Virus record (IMG/VR): IMGVR_UViG_3300042519_001698
Direction: 5' to 3' (one strand)
From: a virus
DNA length: 64,000 bases
The notes below the pieces were generated by a model. It was not told the DNA's origin. It ran no database searches and was given only the letters and a program-made list of their open reading frames with translations. This document shows positions 29,568 through 39,701 of the stretch, piece by piece; positions within the stretch are counted from its first letter, which is position 1; every line of letters starts with the position of its first letter. The position numbers and the translations under genes were made by a program.

Positions 29568-31474
29568 TGCCTAGTTCATCCCAACAAAAACAATCTGTAA
29601 TCACTAAAATAAGGGCGATTACAAAAGTGGTTAATGAACCTAGTGGTAACCCATTAGATTCTTTTATTGATAACTCAATTGGTCCCGTTTTAGATGATGG
29701 TTTAAAAAATTTCGATAAACAACCACCTAAAAAACTTACCGATTTACAAAGTAAAAATAGTAAAAAAAAGGAAAGTAAAACCGATGTTTTTGGTGATTTG
29801 ATTGATATTGCAGATGCGTTTTTATCGGGTGCAAATAAAAAAATACAATTAGAAAGTCCTCTTGAATCTAAATCAAGACTAAAACAAATAACTAACGAAT
29901 CAATTGATGAGACACTTAAAAGTGTTAAAAGTATAATCGGTAACGCTGCGGACCAAGTATTATTTGTTGGTGATGGAATTTGTGGTACTAATAAAACATT
30001 CCCATCTAACACAGTATCGTTAAAACCATCGGATTTTGACTTCATGAACGTATTACAAGTTGACCCAACAAGTAATAGTGGACAAATTTTATATGAAGGT
30101 AAAAGTAATGGTTCGGTTCAAATGAATACTGAACTTTTTAATTTATTTAATTCAGGTGGAAATTACGATTTAGCAACACCTAAGGGTGATGTTTTGATGA
30201 CTACAACGTGGGACGTATCAACTCAAAAATTTAATGTTAGTGGATTAACTGGAAACACAGTTAATGAATTTGTACAAGGATATTTTTCAACAGTTCAATT
30301 ACCAAATTTAAAAGATGTAACCAAGGTGTCAACCTTGTTAACACTAAAGGGAGACAACAGTGCCCCAATTGGTTTAGATATTGGTATGAATGAACTTAAT
30401 AGATTATTAAGTAAAATGTTGAAGAGTTGTAATGGTGCAAAGGCTAACTCATTGTCAAAATCTAATTTTGAAACTAATGACGAAATTGAAGAATCGTATT
30501 TTGATTTTGATGACGTTGAAGGTATTGATTTAGAAGAAGAAAGTAGAAGATTTCAAAAAGTAATTAAGTTTAAAGATTGTAATGATGTCGTTGTCCCAAC
30601 AGACACATCAACCTTTGAAGATTTTGTTTATATGATAAACAACAATAATAAAATGAGTTTAAATCAAGTAGTTGATAACACATTATATAATGTTGCAAAT
30701 CTTTCATACCAAAATTCAGGTCAGGCCGCCTCATTACAAAATTTCCATATTAACATTATGAATAGTTTTATAATGAATATGCCAAAAGCAATGATTGGGA
30801 CGGTATTGTCTCCAAAATTTTTACTACCAATTGTTGTAATATATAAAGCGGTGGTTTTAAAAGGACAAGAGACATTAAAATCGGCAAAGGACTTATTAAA
30901 AAAACTTTTTAAATTATTTACAAAAATAATTAAAGATATTTTTTGGAAATTTATAACTGAAATATGGAAAAGAATAAAAAGAGATATTTTAGATTTTATC
31001 AAACAATTAGCACTTAAAATATTAAAAGATAAATTTAAAAAATATGCGTTAATAATTGCGGGTTTGATTGCATTAATTAATGCCGTAATTAATACAAATT
31101 TAGATGATTGTAACGCTTTATATAATACAATTTTAACAACTATAAACACGGCACTTTCCGCCTCGTCTATTAGTTTACCATTACCAGCTTTACTGGCATC
31201 GTTTGCTAATCTAAGACCGGGTACAAGTGAAACTAGTATGTTAATTGATTTTATTGAAAACGCGCAAAAAAATGGTGTCAATTTAAGTGATATTCATGGT
31301 GAACCAAATAAACAAATTAACCAAGCTAAATCCGTTATAAGTGGAATTGTTGGTAATGTGGTAAACAATGGTGTTGCTGCTGGTGGTAACGAAACAGGAT
31401 TTGGTATTACAGCAGATGGTATGCCTGTAACAATACCAAGAGGGTCATTAAAAGTTAATTCAGTATTTTATTAA
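29567..31474 (+). CDS. Hypothetical protein, probably baseplate/tail
   Basis: 635 aa, in an operon with the spike-like gene. Confidence 0.55.
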   Translation: MPSSSQQKQSVITKIRAITKVVNEPSGNPLDSFIDNSIGPVLDDGLKNFDKQPPKKLTDLQSKNSKKKESKTDVFGDLIDIADAFLSGANKKIQLESPLESKSRLKQITNESIDETLKSVKSIIGNAADQVLFVGDGICGTNKTFPSNTVSLKPSDFDFMNVLQVDPTSNSGQILYEGKSNGSVQMNTELFNLFNSGGNYDLATPKGDVLMTTTWDVSTQKFNVSGLTGNTVNEFVQGYFSTVQLPNLKDVTKVSTLLTLKGDNSAPIGLDIGMNELNRLLSKMLKSCNGAKANSLSKSNFETNDEIEESYFDFDDVEGIDLEEESRRFQKVIKFKDCNDVVVPTDTSTFEDFVYMINNNNKMSLNQVVDNTLYNVANLSYQNSGQAASLQNFHINIMNSFIMNMPKAMIGTVLSPKFLLPIVVIYKAVVLKGQETLKSAKDLLKKLFKLFTKIIKDIFWKFITEIWKRIKRDILDFIKQLALKILKDKFKKYALIIAGLIALINAVINTNLDDCNALYNTILTTINTALSASSISLPLPALLASFANLRPGTSETSMLIDFIENAQKNGVNLSDIHGEPNKQINQAKSVISGIVGNVVNNGVAAGGNETGFGITADGMPVTIPRGSLKVNSVFY

Positions 31475-31475
31475 T

Positions 31476-31676
31476 ATGGATAAGGACAAAATAATTGAGG
31501 TGATTAAAAATGTGGAAGATAAATCTAATAAAGATTTATTTTTAGTTGTTAATGAACTCTATACAGAATACGAGAAAACAAAACAATTAATAATTGACTT
31601 AACAAGACATTTAGAAACTGTAGAGAGTTTATATAATGATGTTAATAACGAAATAGGTAAAAGAACTAAGAAATGA
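31476..31676 (+). CDS. Small coiled-coil protein
   Basis: Heptad pattern, 66 aa. Confidence 0.7.
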   Translation: MDKDKIIEVIKNVEDKSNKDLFLVVNELYTEYEKTKQLIIDLTRHLETVESLYNDVNNEIGKRTKK

Positions 31677-33181
31677 GTACAATAAGTATTGGTATTTGTG
31701 ACGATAATATCGACCCGTTAGGTCTTGGTAGGATTAGATTTAAATCATTCTCTTCAAATCCAGGTAATATAGAAGGAGCGTTTAACTATGAAAAATGGGA
31801 TGCAAATGATCCATTTATAGCTTCACCTTTATTACCTGGCAGTATTAATCACGTACCTGAAACTGGACAGACAGTTCAAATATTCTCATATGACCCAAAT
31901 AAATCATTAGTTAATAAAGTATATGTTGCGGGTCCGTTTAATTCTAATTTTGATTTTAACAATCAAACTTTTTCTGATGGTGTTGGAGAAACTACCTTTG
32001 GTAATGCATCCAAAAAAGGACCTAATGTGTTTTTACCCGATGGTACATATGTAGATAAGAAAGCGAATGGTGCGTTCGCTAAACCCGAACATCATGCAAT
32101 ACAAGGTATGTACGGTTCAGATGTTTTATTTACCGATAGTGGTGTTAACATAAGAGGAGGTAAATTCCCAACTAAGGAATTCGCTAACGCTAGTGATAGG
32201 AAAAAACTAATTAGCCAACCGATAATGTCAGACAACATTGCCACATTATCGTTAAAGAAATTTCCAAAAAAATTAGAACTTGTTGAGGAAGAAGAAAAGA
32301 CAAAAAAATTTAAAACAGGTAAATTAAAATATATGGTAGAATATGAAATTGAAAATTTCAATTTTACCGGAACAACCAATATTAATTTCGATATCTATAA
32401 CACCTCAAATGAGAATGATTTATTTGTTATCCAAAATGTAAAAATTGACGATGCTAAAATCACAAGTGGATCAACATTAACACACGTTTTTAGTAATTTC
32501 AACGAATTACCAAATGCAACGGGTCATACTTTTACTGTTACAGTTTCAGGAATTACCCAAGCATATATTACGGTTAGAGATATTATTAAAGGATTTAATA
32601 GATATGGATTTAAACATTTTAATGCAATGGACATGGAAGAAAATGTCCATCCATTTTATTTTAGACCCAAAAAAGTATCAGCGGTAACCACTTTAACGGG
32701 TACTTCTGAAACTAATCGTGAAACAGTTTTTAATAAAATAGACCCATTTAATAGAGTCACGAAAGGAATGGTATTTTCAAAAGAAGATGCAAATATTCCA
32801 TTTGATGATGAAGTTAAAAAACTTACAAAATTAAAGGAGACGGAAGAAAAACAAGAACAGTCTTTTGCTTCCTTAAAAGGTGACTTGGTTTATTTATTAT
32901 CTACCGATACCAATGAAATAAAACCTATTAATTTTAAGAAATTAGACAAGTACGAAAATACTCATGAAAACTATATTGAGGACATTCACCCAAATACATT
33001 CGCGTTAGTTAGAGGTGAGATTTTACTTGATATTTTAACCACAATGATGGATTTACTTGAAAGTCACCAACACCAACCAACCGAACCTTTAGTTAAAAGT
33101 GACCCCAATTTCGTTAGGTTACAAAAACAAATTTCCACTTTAGCAAATGACTTATTAAATAAATCGATTAGAATCAACTAA
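31673..33181 (+). CDS. Baseplate hub/spike protein (gp5/gpV-like OB fold)
   Basis: N-terminal DDNIDPLGLGRIRF; C-terminal LESHQHQP HxH tip motif. Confidence 0.7.
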   Translation: MSTISIGICDDNIDPLGLGRIRFKSFSSNPGNIEGAFNYEKWDANDPFIASPLLPGSINHVPETGQTVQIFSYDPNKSLVNKVYVAGPFNSNFDFNNQTFSDGVGETTFGNASKKGPNVFLPDGTYVDKKANGAFAKPEHHAIQGMYGSDVLFTDSGVNIRGGKFPTKEFANASDRKKLISQPIMSDNIATLSLKKFPKKLELVEEEEKTKKFKTGKLKYMVEYEIENFNFTGTTNINFDIYNTSNENDLFVIQNVKIDDAKITSGSTLTHVFSNFNELPNATGHTFTVTVSGITQAYITVRDIIKGFNRYGFKHFNAMDMEENVHPFYFRPKKVSAVTTLTGTSETNRETVFNKIDPFNRVTKGMVFSKEDANIPFDDEVKKLTKLKETEEKQEQSFASLKGDLVYLLSTDTNEIKPINFKKLDKYENTHENYIEDIHPNTFALVRGEILLDILTTMMDLLESHQHQPTEPLVKSDPNFVRLQKQISTLANDLLNKSIRIN

Positions 33182-33205
33182 TTTGATATTTATTAATAAA
33201 AAGAG

Positions 33206-34579
33206 ATGTCATATTTTCGTTCGTATTTTGAGAAAAACAATACCCTATTAAAGGATAGTCGTGTTAATACGTCAAAAAACCCCACAACTGAGATTTTTTA
33301 CGGTTCTGGATTTTCCAAATTTATATTTAAAGTTGACTTAACCAAGTTAAAAGAAAAGATTACCAATAATGAACTTATAGTTAATTCTAACACAAAACAC
33401 ACCTTACACCTAACTAACACCATTTTTGGTGATGAAGGATTAAAGGGGTTAAACAGAACAACAGGTAGAGATAGAGCCACCTCATTTAAGTTGATTGTTT
33501 TTAAAATAACACAATATTGGGATGAGGGTATTGGTTTTGATTATCAAGACCTTTCATATGATTTTGTTGATGGTAATAAGACATATGATGAAAGACCATC
33601 AAACTGGTATTACAGAACAACCATGAATTCATGGGGTACTGCAGGAATATATTCAACAACCCCAACAATTATAGGAGAACAAACCTTTGATAATGGAAAT
33701 GAAGATTTAAATGTGGATATTACCACATATGTTAATCAAATTTTATCAGGTGGTGTCAATCAAGGTATGGGTATTGCGTTTGACATTGTTTATCAGGATT
33801 TAAACGTCGATAGGGACCAATCGGTGGCCTTCTTTACAAAATACACACAAACATTTTTTGAACCTTACGTTGAGTCGTATTTTGATGATGTTATTAAGGA
33901 CAACAGGTCCAATTTTGTGGAAAAACAAAATCAAAATTTATACCTATATGTGACTAAGGGTGGTAACTACTATAATTTAGATAACACACCAACCGTAAAC
34001 ATTTCCGATTCTACAAAAAGCCCAATAACCGGATTAAGTGCATTATCAAGTACATTGATTAAAAAGGGTGTATATAAAGTTACATTTAATATTAATAACA
34101 TATCGTGCGACGGTAAAAAATTCTTCTATGATAGATGGAGTAATTTATCTTTAAATGGTTCTAGTCTATCTGACGTAACTCAAAAATTCGTACCTAACCC
34201 AATCACTAACGGATTTACCATTGGTGAAAATCAAACCGAATTAGAAAGATATAGTTTCCAATTTTTTGGTGTCAAATTCGGTGAAAAAATTAAAAGAGGT
34301 GATGTTAGAAAGATTACCATTACAATGAGGTCTATTAACACACCTAAGACTGTGATATTAGATGAATTATATTATAGAATGTATGTACTTGAGGGTAGAA
34401 CACAAGTTAATGTTCATGATTGGACACTAATCGATAAAACAAATAATGAGAACTCATTTCATTTTGATACGTCTTGTTACATACCACGTGAATACCATAT
34501 TGAACTTAAAGGTAAAACACATACGGAAGAAATACACTACAAGGAACCAATAAAATTTGAGATTGTCTCAGAAAAATAG
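33206..34579 (+). CDS. Putative virion protein with DNRLRE-like and Ig-like domains
   Basis: W...SWGTAG...DLNVDITTYVNQILSG..NQGMGI pattern. Confidence 0.55.
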   Translation: MSYFRSYFEKNNTLLKDSRVNTSKNPTTEIFYGSGFSKFIFKVDLTKLKEKITNNELIVNSNTKHTLHLTNTIFGDEGLKGLNRTTGRDRATSFKLIVFKITQYWDEGIGFDYQDLSYDFVDGNKTYDERPSNWYYRTTMNSWGTAGIYSTTPTIIGEQTFDNGNEDLNVDITTYVNQILSGGVNQGMGIAFDIVYQDLNVDRDQSVAFFTKYTQTFFEPYVESYFDDVIKDNRSNFVEKQNQNLYLYVTKGGNYYNLDNTPTVNISDSTKSPITGLSALSSTLIKKGVYKVTFNINNISCDGKKFFYDRWSNLSLNGSSLSDVTQKFVPNPITNGFTIGENQTELERYSFQFFGVKFGEKIKRGDVRKITITMRSINTPKTVILDELYYRMYVLEGRTQVNVHDWTLIDKTNNENSFHFDTSCYIPREYHIELKGKTHTEEIHYKEPIKFEIVSEK

Positions 34580-34593
34580 AATATTTATAAAAT

Positions 34594-35007
34594 ATGAAAA
34601 CAATTAAATTAACAGAGGAACAATTAAGAAAAGTCGTTAAAAGTGTCGTTAAAGAAAATGAAGACCGTGGTGGGAACTATATGTTCTTTGGTAATCTTGA
34701 GCAGATTAAAAGACAATGTGAATTATTAATGAAACTTGACCACAATATGGTTAATGAGTTATTAAATAATGGTCATGATTGGGCTGATGACCATATCTCA
34801 ACAGCAAAGGAAAATATGGATCAAGTGTTTGATTTTATGATGAATGAAACCAATGGTGGTAGTCAAAAAAATAACTTAAATGAAGATTGTTGGAAAGGTT
34901 ACAAACGAGTTGGTAGTAAGAAAAAAGGTGGAAAAATGGTACCAAATTGTGTACCTGTAAGTGAAGCAAGTAGTCCCGCACAACAAGCGGCTATTGCTAT
35001 CAACTAA
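34594..35007 (+). CDS. Modular putative internal head protein
   Basis: KLTEEQL leader; LNE-DCWKGYKRVG...VPNCVP and VSE-ASSPAQQAAIA modules. Confidence 0.6.
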   Translation: MKTIKLTEEQLRKVVKSVVKENEDRGGNYMFFGNLEQIKRQCELLMKLDHNMVNELLNNGHDWADDHISTAKENMDQVFDFMMNETNGGSQKNNLNEDCWKGYKRVGSKKKGGKMVPNCVPVSEASSPAQQAAIAIN

Positions 35008-35015
35008 ATTATAAT

Positions 35016-35294
35016 ATGAGGATAATAATAACCGAAGACCAAAAAAATACAATTATGAATAGTAGTAATTGGGAGGAAGTAAGTGGTAAACTAATAAAAA
35101 CATTCTATTTTAAAGATTATAAGGAAGTTATGTCATTCGTGAATGAGGTTATGAAAATCGCTAATAAACAGAATCATCACCCTGATATGACAGTTCATTA
35201 TGATAATGTTAAGTTATCTATCACAGACCACGATAAAGGTAAGGTATCTGATAAGTGTCATAAATTTGTTAATGAAGTAAATAAAATTAAATAA
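35016..35294 (+). CDS. phhB: Pterin-4a-carbinolamine dehydratase (PCD/PhhB family) with IITEDQ leader
   Basis: W...KLIKTFYFKDY...FVNEV...NHHPD...DHD. Confidence 0.85.
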   Translation: MRIIITEDQKNTIMNSSNWEEVSGKLIKTFYFKDYKEVMSFVNEVMKIANKQNHHPDMTVHYDNVKLSITDHDKGKVSDKCHKFVNEVNKIK

Positions 35295-35295
35295 A

Positions 35296-35721
35296 ATGAC
35301 ACATTTCAATAAAGAAAAAAGTAAAAAAACAATAATATCTATAACTGAAGACCAATTTCAAAGATTATTTGAATTTAACGAAGAAACTCCCGTTTTAATA
35401 TATGAAGATGAGGATGGTTCTGTTGAAAACACAAATTTTGAACCAACCAATCTTTTAAATGAAGCTGAATACCAAGGACATAAAGTTCAATTAGGTAAGA
35501 TTATGCAAGGTGACATCAAGAAATTTAAGGTATATGTTAAAAACGATAAAGGTAAAATTGTTAAGGTAAACTTTGGATTTGGTGGTAAATCTGCCAAAGG
35601 TAAGAGGATGGTTATAAAGAAAAACAACCCTAAAAGACGTAAATCATTTAGAGCACGTATGAATTGTGATAATCCAGGTCCACGTTGGAAACCTCGTTAT
35701 TGGGCTTGTAAAAGTTGGTAA
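35296..35721 (+). CDS. Basic protein with acidic leader and RRKSFRAR..C...RYWACKSW C-terminus
   Basis: SITEDQ leader, LLNE boundary, then a strongly basic domain. Confidence 0.7.
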   Translation: MTHFNKEKSKKTIISITEDQFQRLFEFNEETPVLIYEDEDGSVENTNFEPTNLLNEAEYQGHKVQLGKIMQGDIKKFKVYVKNDKGKIVKVNFGFGGKSAKGKRMVIKKNNPKRRKSFRARMNCDNPGPRWKPRYWACKSW

Positions 35722-36162
35722 TTAATAAAACACAACCTTAACCCCACATTCGTAGAGAAGTTGGAGGGATTTTCTTTGAGATTCTTCCCACTTCTCTTTA
35801 TTTTTTGTGGTACATTCAGACTTACAATACACCTCCTTAATTCCTGAGTTTACAATTCCTCTTGCACAATCCATACATGGTAATCCCGAAGTTAGGTATA
35901 TTGTTGAACCTTTTAATGGTGTTCCCACCCGAGCGGCATTATAAATTGCATTACGTTCAGCATGTTCAAACCAGAAGTATTTTTCGGGTCTCTCCTGACG
36001 TTCTTGTAACGAGTCATCCAAACCCCTCGGAAACGAATTATAACCCGTTGAGAGGACCTCATTGTCCGTTCCTACGATAACTGCACCTATCTGTGTAGAT
36101 TGGTCCTTAGATTTGAGTTTTACCTGTTCTGCAATCCCTAAAAAATATTCTGTCCAATTCAT
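35722..36162 (-). CDS. dCMP deaminase (ComEB-like); start moved to MNWTEYF
   Basis: STGYN, HAERNAI, PCMDCAR zinc-deaminase motifs. Confidence 0.92.
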   Translation of the reverse strand: MNWTEYFLGIAEQVKLKSKDQSTQIGAVIVGTDNEVLSTGYNSFPRGLDDSLQERQERPEKYFWFEHAERNAIYNAARVGTPLKGSTIYLTSGLPCMDCARGIVNSGIKEVYCKSECTTKNKEKWEESQRKSLQLLYECGVKVVFY

Positions 36163-36467
36163 TATACTAATTTTTGTGTTGACCAATAATTCAATCTATT
36201 ATCGGAATACCTGTTTAAATTACGAGCCTCTTTTTTAAGAATTAAATTACCCATTTGAATCATGTGATTCTTATTTTTTAAATCAATCCCAACAATATAC
36301 CCACCAGTAGTTTTTTCATATGTGGTTTCTCTTATATATTTCCCCTCATCATCCATTACAAGATATTTTATTATCTCATCCTTCTTGTTTTTACAAGAAA
36401 TACCCCTCTCATCGATGAGTTTAATTAGAATATCCAACCTGAGTTTATCGTATTCAATCTCTGACAT
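36162..36467 (-). CDS. Small protein with N-terminal SAP/HeH-like motif; start moved to MSEIEYD
   Basis: LRLDILIKLIDERGISCKNKKDEIIKYL; start lies 5 nt after a -7 promoter element. Confidence 0.6.
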   Translation of the reverse strand: MSEIEYDKLRLDILIKLIDERGISCKNKKDEIIKYLVMDDEGKYIRETTYEKTTGGYIVGIDLKNKNHMIQMGNLILKKEARNLNRYSDNRLNYWSTQKLV

Positions 36468-36472
36468 AAAAA

Positions 36473-36504
36473 CAAAGATAAGAAATATTCCAGAATATTC
36501 CAAA
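36473..36504 (-). promoter_or_regulatory. Bacteroidota sigma-A promoter TTTG-N20-TATCTTTG
   Basis: Plus caaagata 36473-36480 and caaa 36501-36504. Confidence 0.8.
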
Positions 36505-36507
36505 AAC

Positions 36508-36538
36508 AAAAAACCCCCGTATTTCTACGAGGGTTTTT
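36508..36538 (-). terminator. Intrinsic terminator after the MCP gene
   Basis: CCCUCGUA-GAAA-UACGGGGG followed by a U-tract. Confidence 0.9.
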
Positions 36539-36557
36539 ATATTCCGATTTATTAAGA

Positions 36558-38312
36558 TTATCTTAAAGTATCAGTTCCAAATACTTGGATACCTTTCACA
36601 TCGATAGTTGCGAAGTAACGGTTGTTCACCATTTTCTTTGCGTATCTTGTCATGATACCTTTGATAGGTGTCATGTTGAAAGGATTGTACATAGTTGGAG
36701 TTAATTGTAAAGGTACATACGGAGCGTAGATGTAACCAGCGTCTAATAATGACTTACCTTTGTGACCAATCAAAATTTTGTTTGGTGGGAAGTAAGGATC
36801 ACGATAAACTTGGTAACGACCAGCTAATGAACCGATTTTCTCGATACCCATGTTGTATGTATCTTGCTCAGGATCTGCATTAGATACGTGGAAATACTCT
36901 AAATCATCGAATACTGCAGAAACTTCTGAAGAAACAACAATCCAGTTAGCACCACCTCTTAATGTAGTCTTATGGATTTGAGCCGATAATTGGTTAATCT
37001 TAGTGATTAACGTTTGGTTCCAATCTTTTTGAGTGTAACCTTGTAATGTAGCACCTGCGTTTCCACCGTACTTCCATTCGTTATAATCCCACTTAGCAGT
37101 CCATGCAGCACCTTTACGTAAATCACGTAAGATTTCACGGTCAACTTCTGCAGCGATTTGCTCAGATAATAAAGCTGTTAATTCAGCTTCAGCATCGATG
37201 TTGTGGAATGCACTAACGTCTTGAGCCAATTCAGGAGACCAGCTAGCTCTTAATTTTCTTTCAGTTACAGAAACTGTTACTGACTCTAAATCAAAAGATA
37301 CTTCACCGATTTCATCTTCAAACTCTAAAGAAGCGTACTTACGATATGTTACAGCAAATTCAGTTTTTGCTAATGTTGAACCAGTTACCTCATAATCAGT
37401 AAATCCGTTAGAAGAGTCATACTTTTGTAAATCAACTTGGATATACATAATACCATCTTCATCACAAATATCATTGAAATTACCAGTAGCTCCCGCAGAT
37501 TTTTTACCATACTCAACAATACCTTTGCCGTATTTGTTTGTAACGATGTTAATCGGAAGTGGTGCACTTGTAATTCCTAAGAATGATTGTAAATTCGCAT
37601 CAGTTGTTCTAACTTCTAAAGAAGCTAAGAATTCTTCTGTGTCAATTTCATGACCATTAGGTCCTGATAATTTACCAACTCCAGCGTTTGTAAATCCTGA
37701 TACCGCTAAGATAACACTTGATTTAGTTACACCAGTTGCAATTGCAGTAGCGTCAATAGTAACAACACCAGCATTGAAAACGGTGAAACCACTTACAGTC
37801 AAACCAGTTTCAACTGTAAAAGCACCTTTTGAATAATCAAAAAGACCTTGGTCTAAGTTGTCACTATTCTCGTAGAAACGATCGTAAAGACTTCTTTTAC
37901 CTGCTGTATAACCTTCAGATGCTGCATCAGAATTACCTGGCATACCGTAAGGTGCATAATGACCATTACCATTTAATTCCTGAATTTTAGGAATGAAGAA
38001 AAATAATTTACCAATTGGTAAGTTCATAGCTTGTACAGACACGATGTCGTTAGCTAATAATTTAGAGAACACACGACGAATAATAGGGAAAACTACTGTC
38101 TCAAATGAACCAGACGCATCAGCTACTGCTGCTTCGTTGATTAAATATGATGCTTGGTTTTCATATAATTGTGCGATGTTATCTTTTTGGTGACCGTCTA
38201 GACCTTCTAAGAATCCTAGTTCGTCCCATTTTTTGATGGTATCTTCTTTGATCACACGTAAGTGCTTAAGACCAATGTTTCCTACCATACCTGATTCTAA
38301 TAATGCTCCCAT
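36558..38312 (-). CDS. gp23: Major capsid protein (T4 gp23-like)
   Basis: VSVQAMNLP.G..F, RKLRASWSPELAQD, DAEAELTALLSEQIAAEVDREI, YAPYVPL, GIMTRY. Confidence 0.97.
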   Translation of the reverse strand: MGALLESGMVGNIGLKHLRVIKEDTIKKWDELGFLEGLDGHQKDNIAQLYENQASYLINEAAVADASGSFETVVFPIIRRVFSKLLANDIVSVQAMNLPIGKLFFFIPKIQELNGNGHYAPYGMPGNSDAASEGYTAGKRSLYDRFYENSDNLDQGLFDYSKGAFTVETGLTVSGFTVFNAGVVTIDATAIATGVTKSSVILAVSGFTNAGVGKLSGPNGHEIDTEEFLASLEVRTTDANLQSFLGITSAPLPINIVTNKYGKGIVEYGKKSAGATGNFNDICDEDGIMYIQVDLQKYDSSNGFTDYEVTGSTLAKTEFAVTYRKYASLEFEDEIGEVSFDLESVTVSVTERKLRASWSPELAQDVSAFHNIDAEAELTALLSEQIAAEVDREILRDLRKGAAWTAKWDYNEWKYGGNAGATLQGYTQKDWNQTLITKINQLSAQIHKTTLRGGANWIVVSSEVSAVFDDLEYFHVSNADPEQDTYNMGIEKIGSLAGRYQVYRDPYFPPNKILIGHKGKSLLDAGYIYAPYVPLQLTPTMYNPFNMTPIKGIMTRYAKKMVNNRYFATIDVKGIQVFGTDTLR

Positions 38313-38339
38313 TTTAAAATTGTATTTTGTTTTTTTTTA

Positions 38340-39701
38340 TTATTTTATTTTGCTCATCAAATCTTTCATTCTCTTAAATTGAGGATTTTCGTAAGCTTTT
38401 GACTCAGCTAAAACCTCTTGAGAAGATGATGTTGATGGTGCGTTTGAGATTTTTTCTACAACTGACTCAGTAACATTAGTTTTAGTTCCTAATTCAGTTT
38501 TTATTTGTGAGAATAAATTTTTAGCCTCACTCAAAGTTGAAATACCATCAAATCTCTTAAGGATGGTTAATTTTTCCCTTTTTGTTGTTGAATGTTCAGT
38601 GAATAAACGAGTTGCATATGCTAAATTTGCATTAAACACGGCTACTTCATTAAGCTTATCTTTAAAAAGAACTAAAGCCTTCTTGTACTCAGCATTTTGC
38701 TTTTTCAAGTTTTCAACTTCTTCGTTCATTTCATGACGACCAGCTTTATATTTTTTACCTTGATTTGCAGGTTTTCTAACATCGTTACCGAATGTTCTTG
38801 CTGCCTCATCAACTTCAGTTTCTACTTCTTCTGTTTCTTCTTTAGCTTCAACCTTCTTAGGATTCTTTAGACCAGCTAAAGCTTCTTCTTTAGGTTCAAC
38901 TTTTTTAGGTTTTGATAAACCAGAAAGTGCTGACTCTTTAGCTTCTACTTTTTTAGGTTTTGATAAACCTTTAAGAGCAGATTCCTTAGCTTCAACCTTT
39001 TTAGGTTTTGATAAACCTTTAAGAGCAGATTCGTCTAATTCGATTTCATATAATGATTCTTCTTCCATTTCTGAATCAACGTCAGAATCCATTCCTGAAT
39101 CCATACCGCCAAAATCATCATCAGATGAGTCGTCATCATCTCCATCAAGTTTAATAATGAATTCGTCTTCTCCAGTATCAAAAGTTACGTTGTTGCCGTC
39201 TTTTTTAACTACAATACCATCTTCTGGTTTCATAGCTTTGAATACTTTAAGAACTTCTTCATCAGATGCTCCTGTCATATCCATAACGTCGTCGTCAGAT
39301 TCTTCTTCATCTGAATCTAAATCGTCTGAACCAAAATCATCCATAGATGTATCGGTATCATCAGATTCACTATCAGAATCCATATCATCGATTCCTTTTG
39401 TTGGGTCTTCGTTATCGAGGTTTGTGTCATTTTCAGCGTCATCAGCTTCAGCATCATCTGCCTCTGCGTCATCGTCTGACATATCGTCTTCCTCTTCGTC
39501 AGGAGTTGGTTGCTCGTCCATTGAGTCTTTTGACTCATCGTCTTTTGCAACTTCTTCCTCTTCTTCCAATGATTCTTTAAGCAAGTCGCTTAGTTCTTCC
39601 TTCATTGTTGAAGCAAGTATACCTTTTGCATTTTGCTTAACCGCTTCTTCAAGAGTTTGTACTTGAAGTAATGCTTGTTCTAAAATTGATTTTTCGCTCA
39701 T
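38340..39701 (-). CDS. Prohead core/scaffolding protein (gp22-like)
   Basis: Very acidic and coiled-coil; between protease and MCP; C-terminal LNEVAVFNANLAYATRLF. Confidence 0.85.
   Translation of the reverse strand: MSEKSILEQALLQVQTLEEAVKQNAKGILASTMKEELSDLLKESLEEEEEVAKDDESKDSMDEQPTPDEEEDDMSDDDAEADDAEADDAENDTNLDNEDPTKGIDDMDSDSESDDTDTSMDDFGSDDLDSDEEESDDDVMDMTGASDEEVLKVFKAMKPEDGIVVKKDGNNVTFDTGEDEFIIKLDGDDDDSSDDDFGGMDSGMDSDVDSEMEEESLYEIELDESALKGLSKPKKVEAKESALKGLSKPKKVEAKESALSGLSKPKKVEPKEEALAGLKNPKKVEAKEETEEVETEVDEAARTFGNDVRKPANQGKKYKAGRHEMNEEVENLKKQNAEYKKALVLFKDKLNEVAVFNANLAYATRLFTEHSTTKREKLTILKRFDGISTLSEAKNLFSQIKTELGTKTNVTESVVEKISNAPSTSSSQEVLAESKAYENPQFKRMKDLMSKIK
38841..39032 (-). repeat. Four 48-bp/16-aa repeats (SALKGLSKPKKVEAKE) in the scaffold gene
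   Basis: Seen in both protein and DNA; the fourth copy is diverged. Confidence 0.9.
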
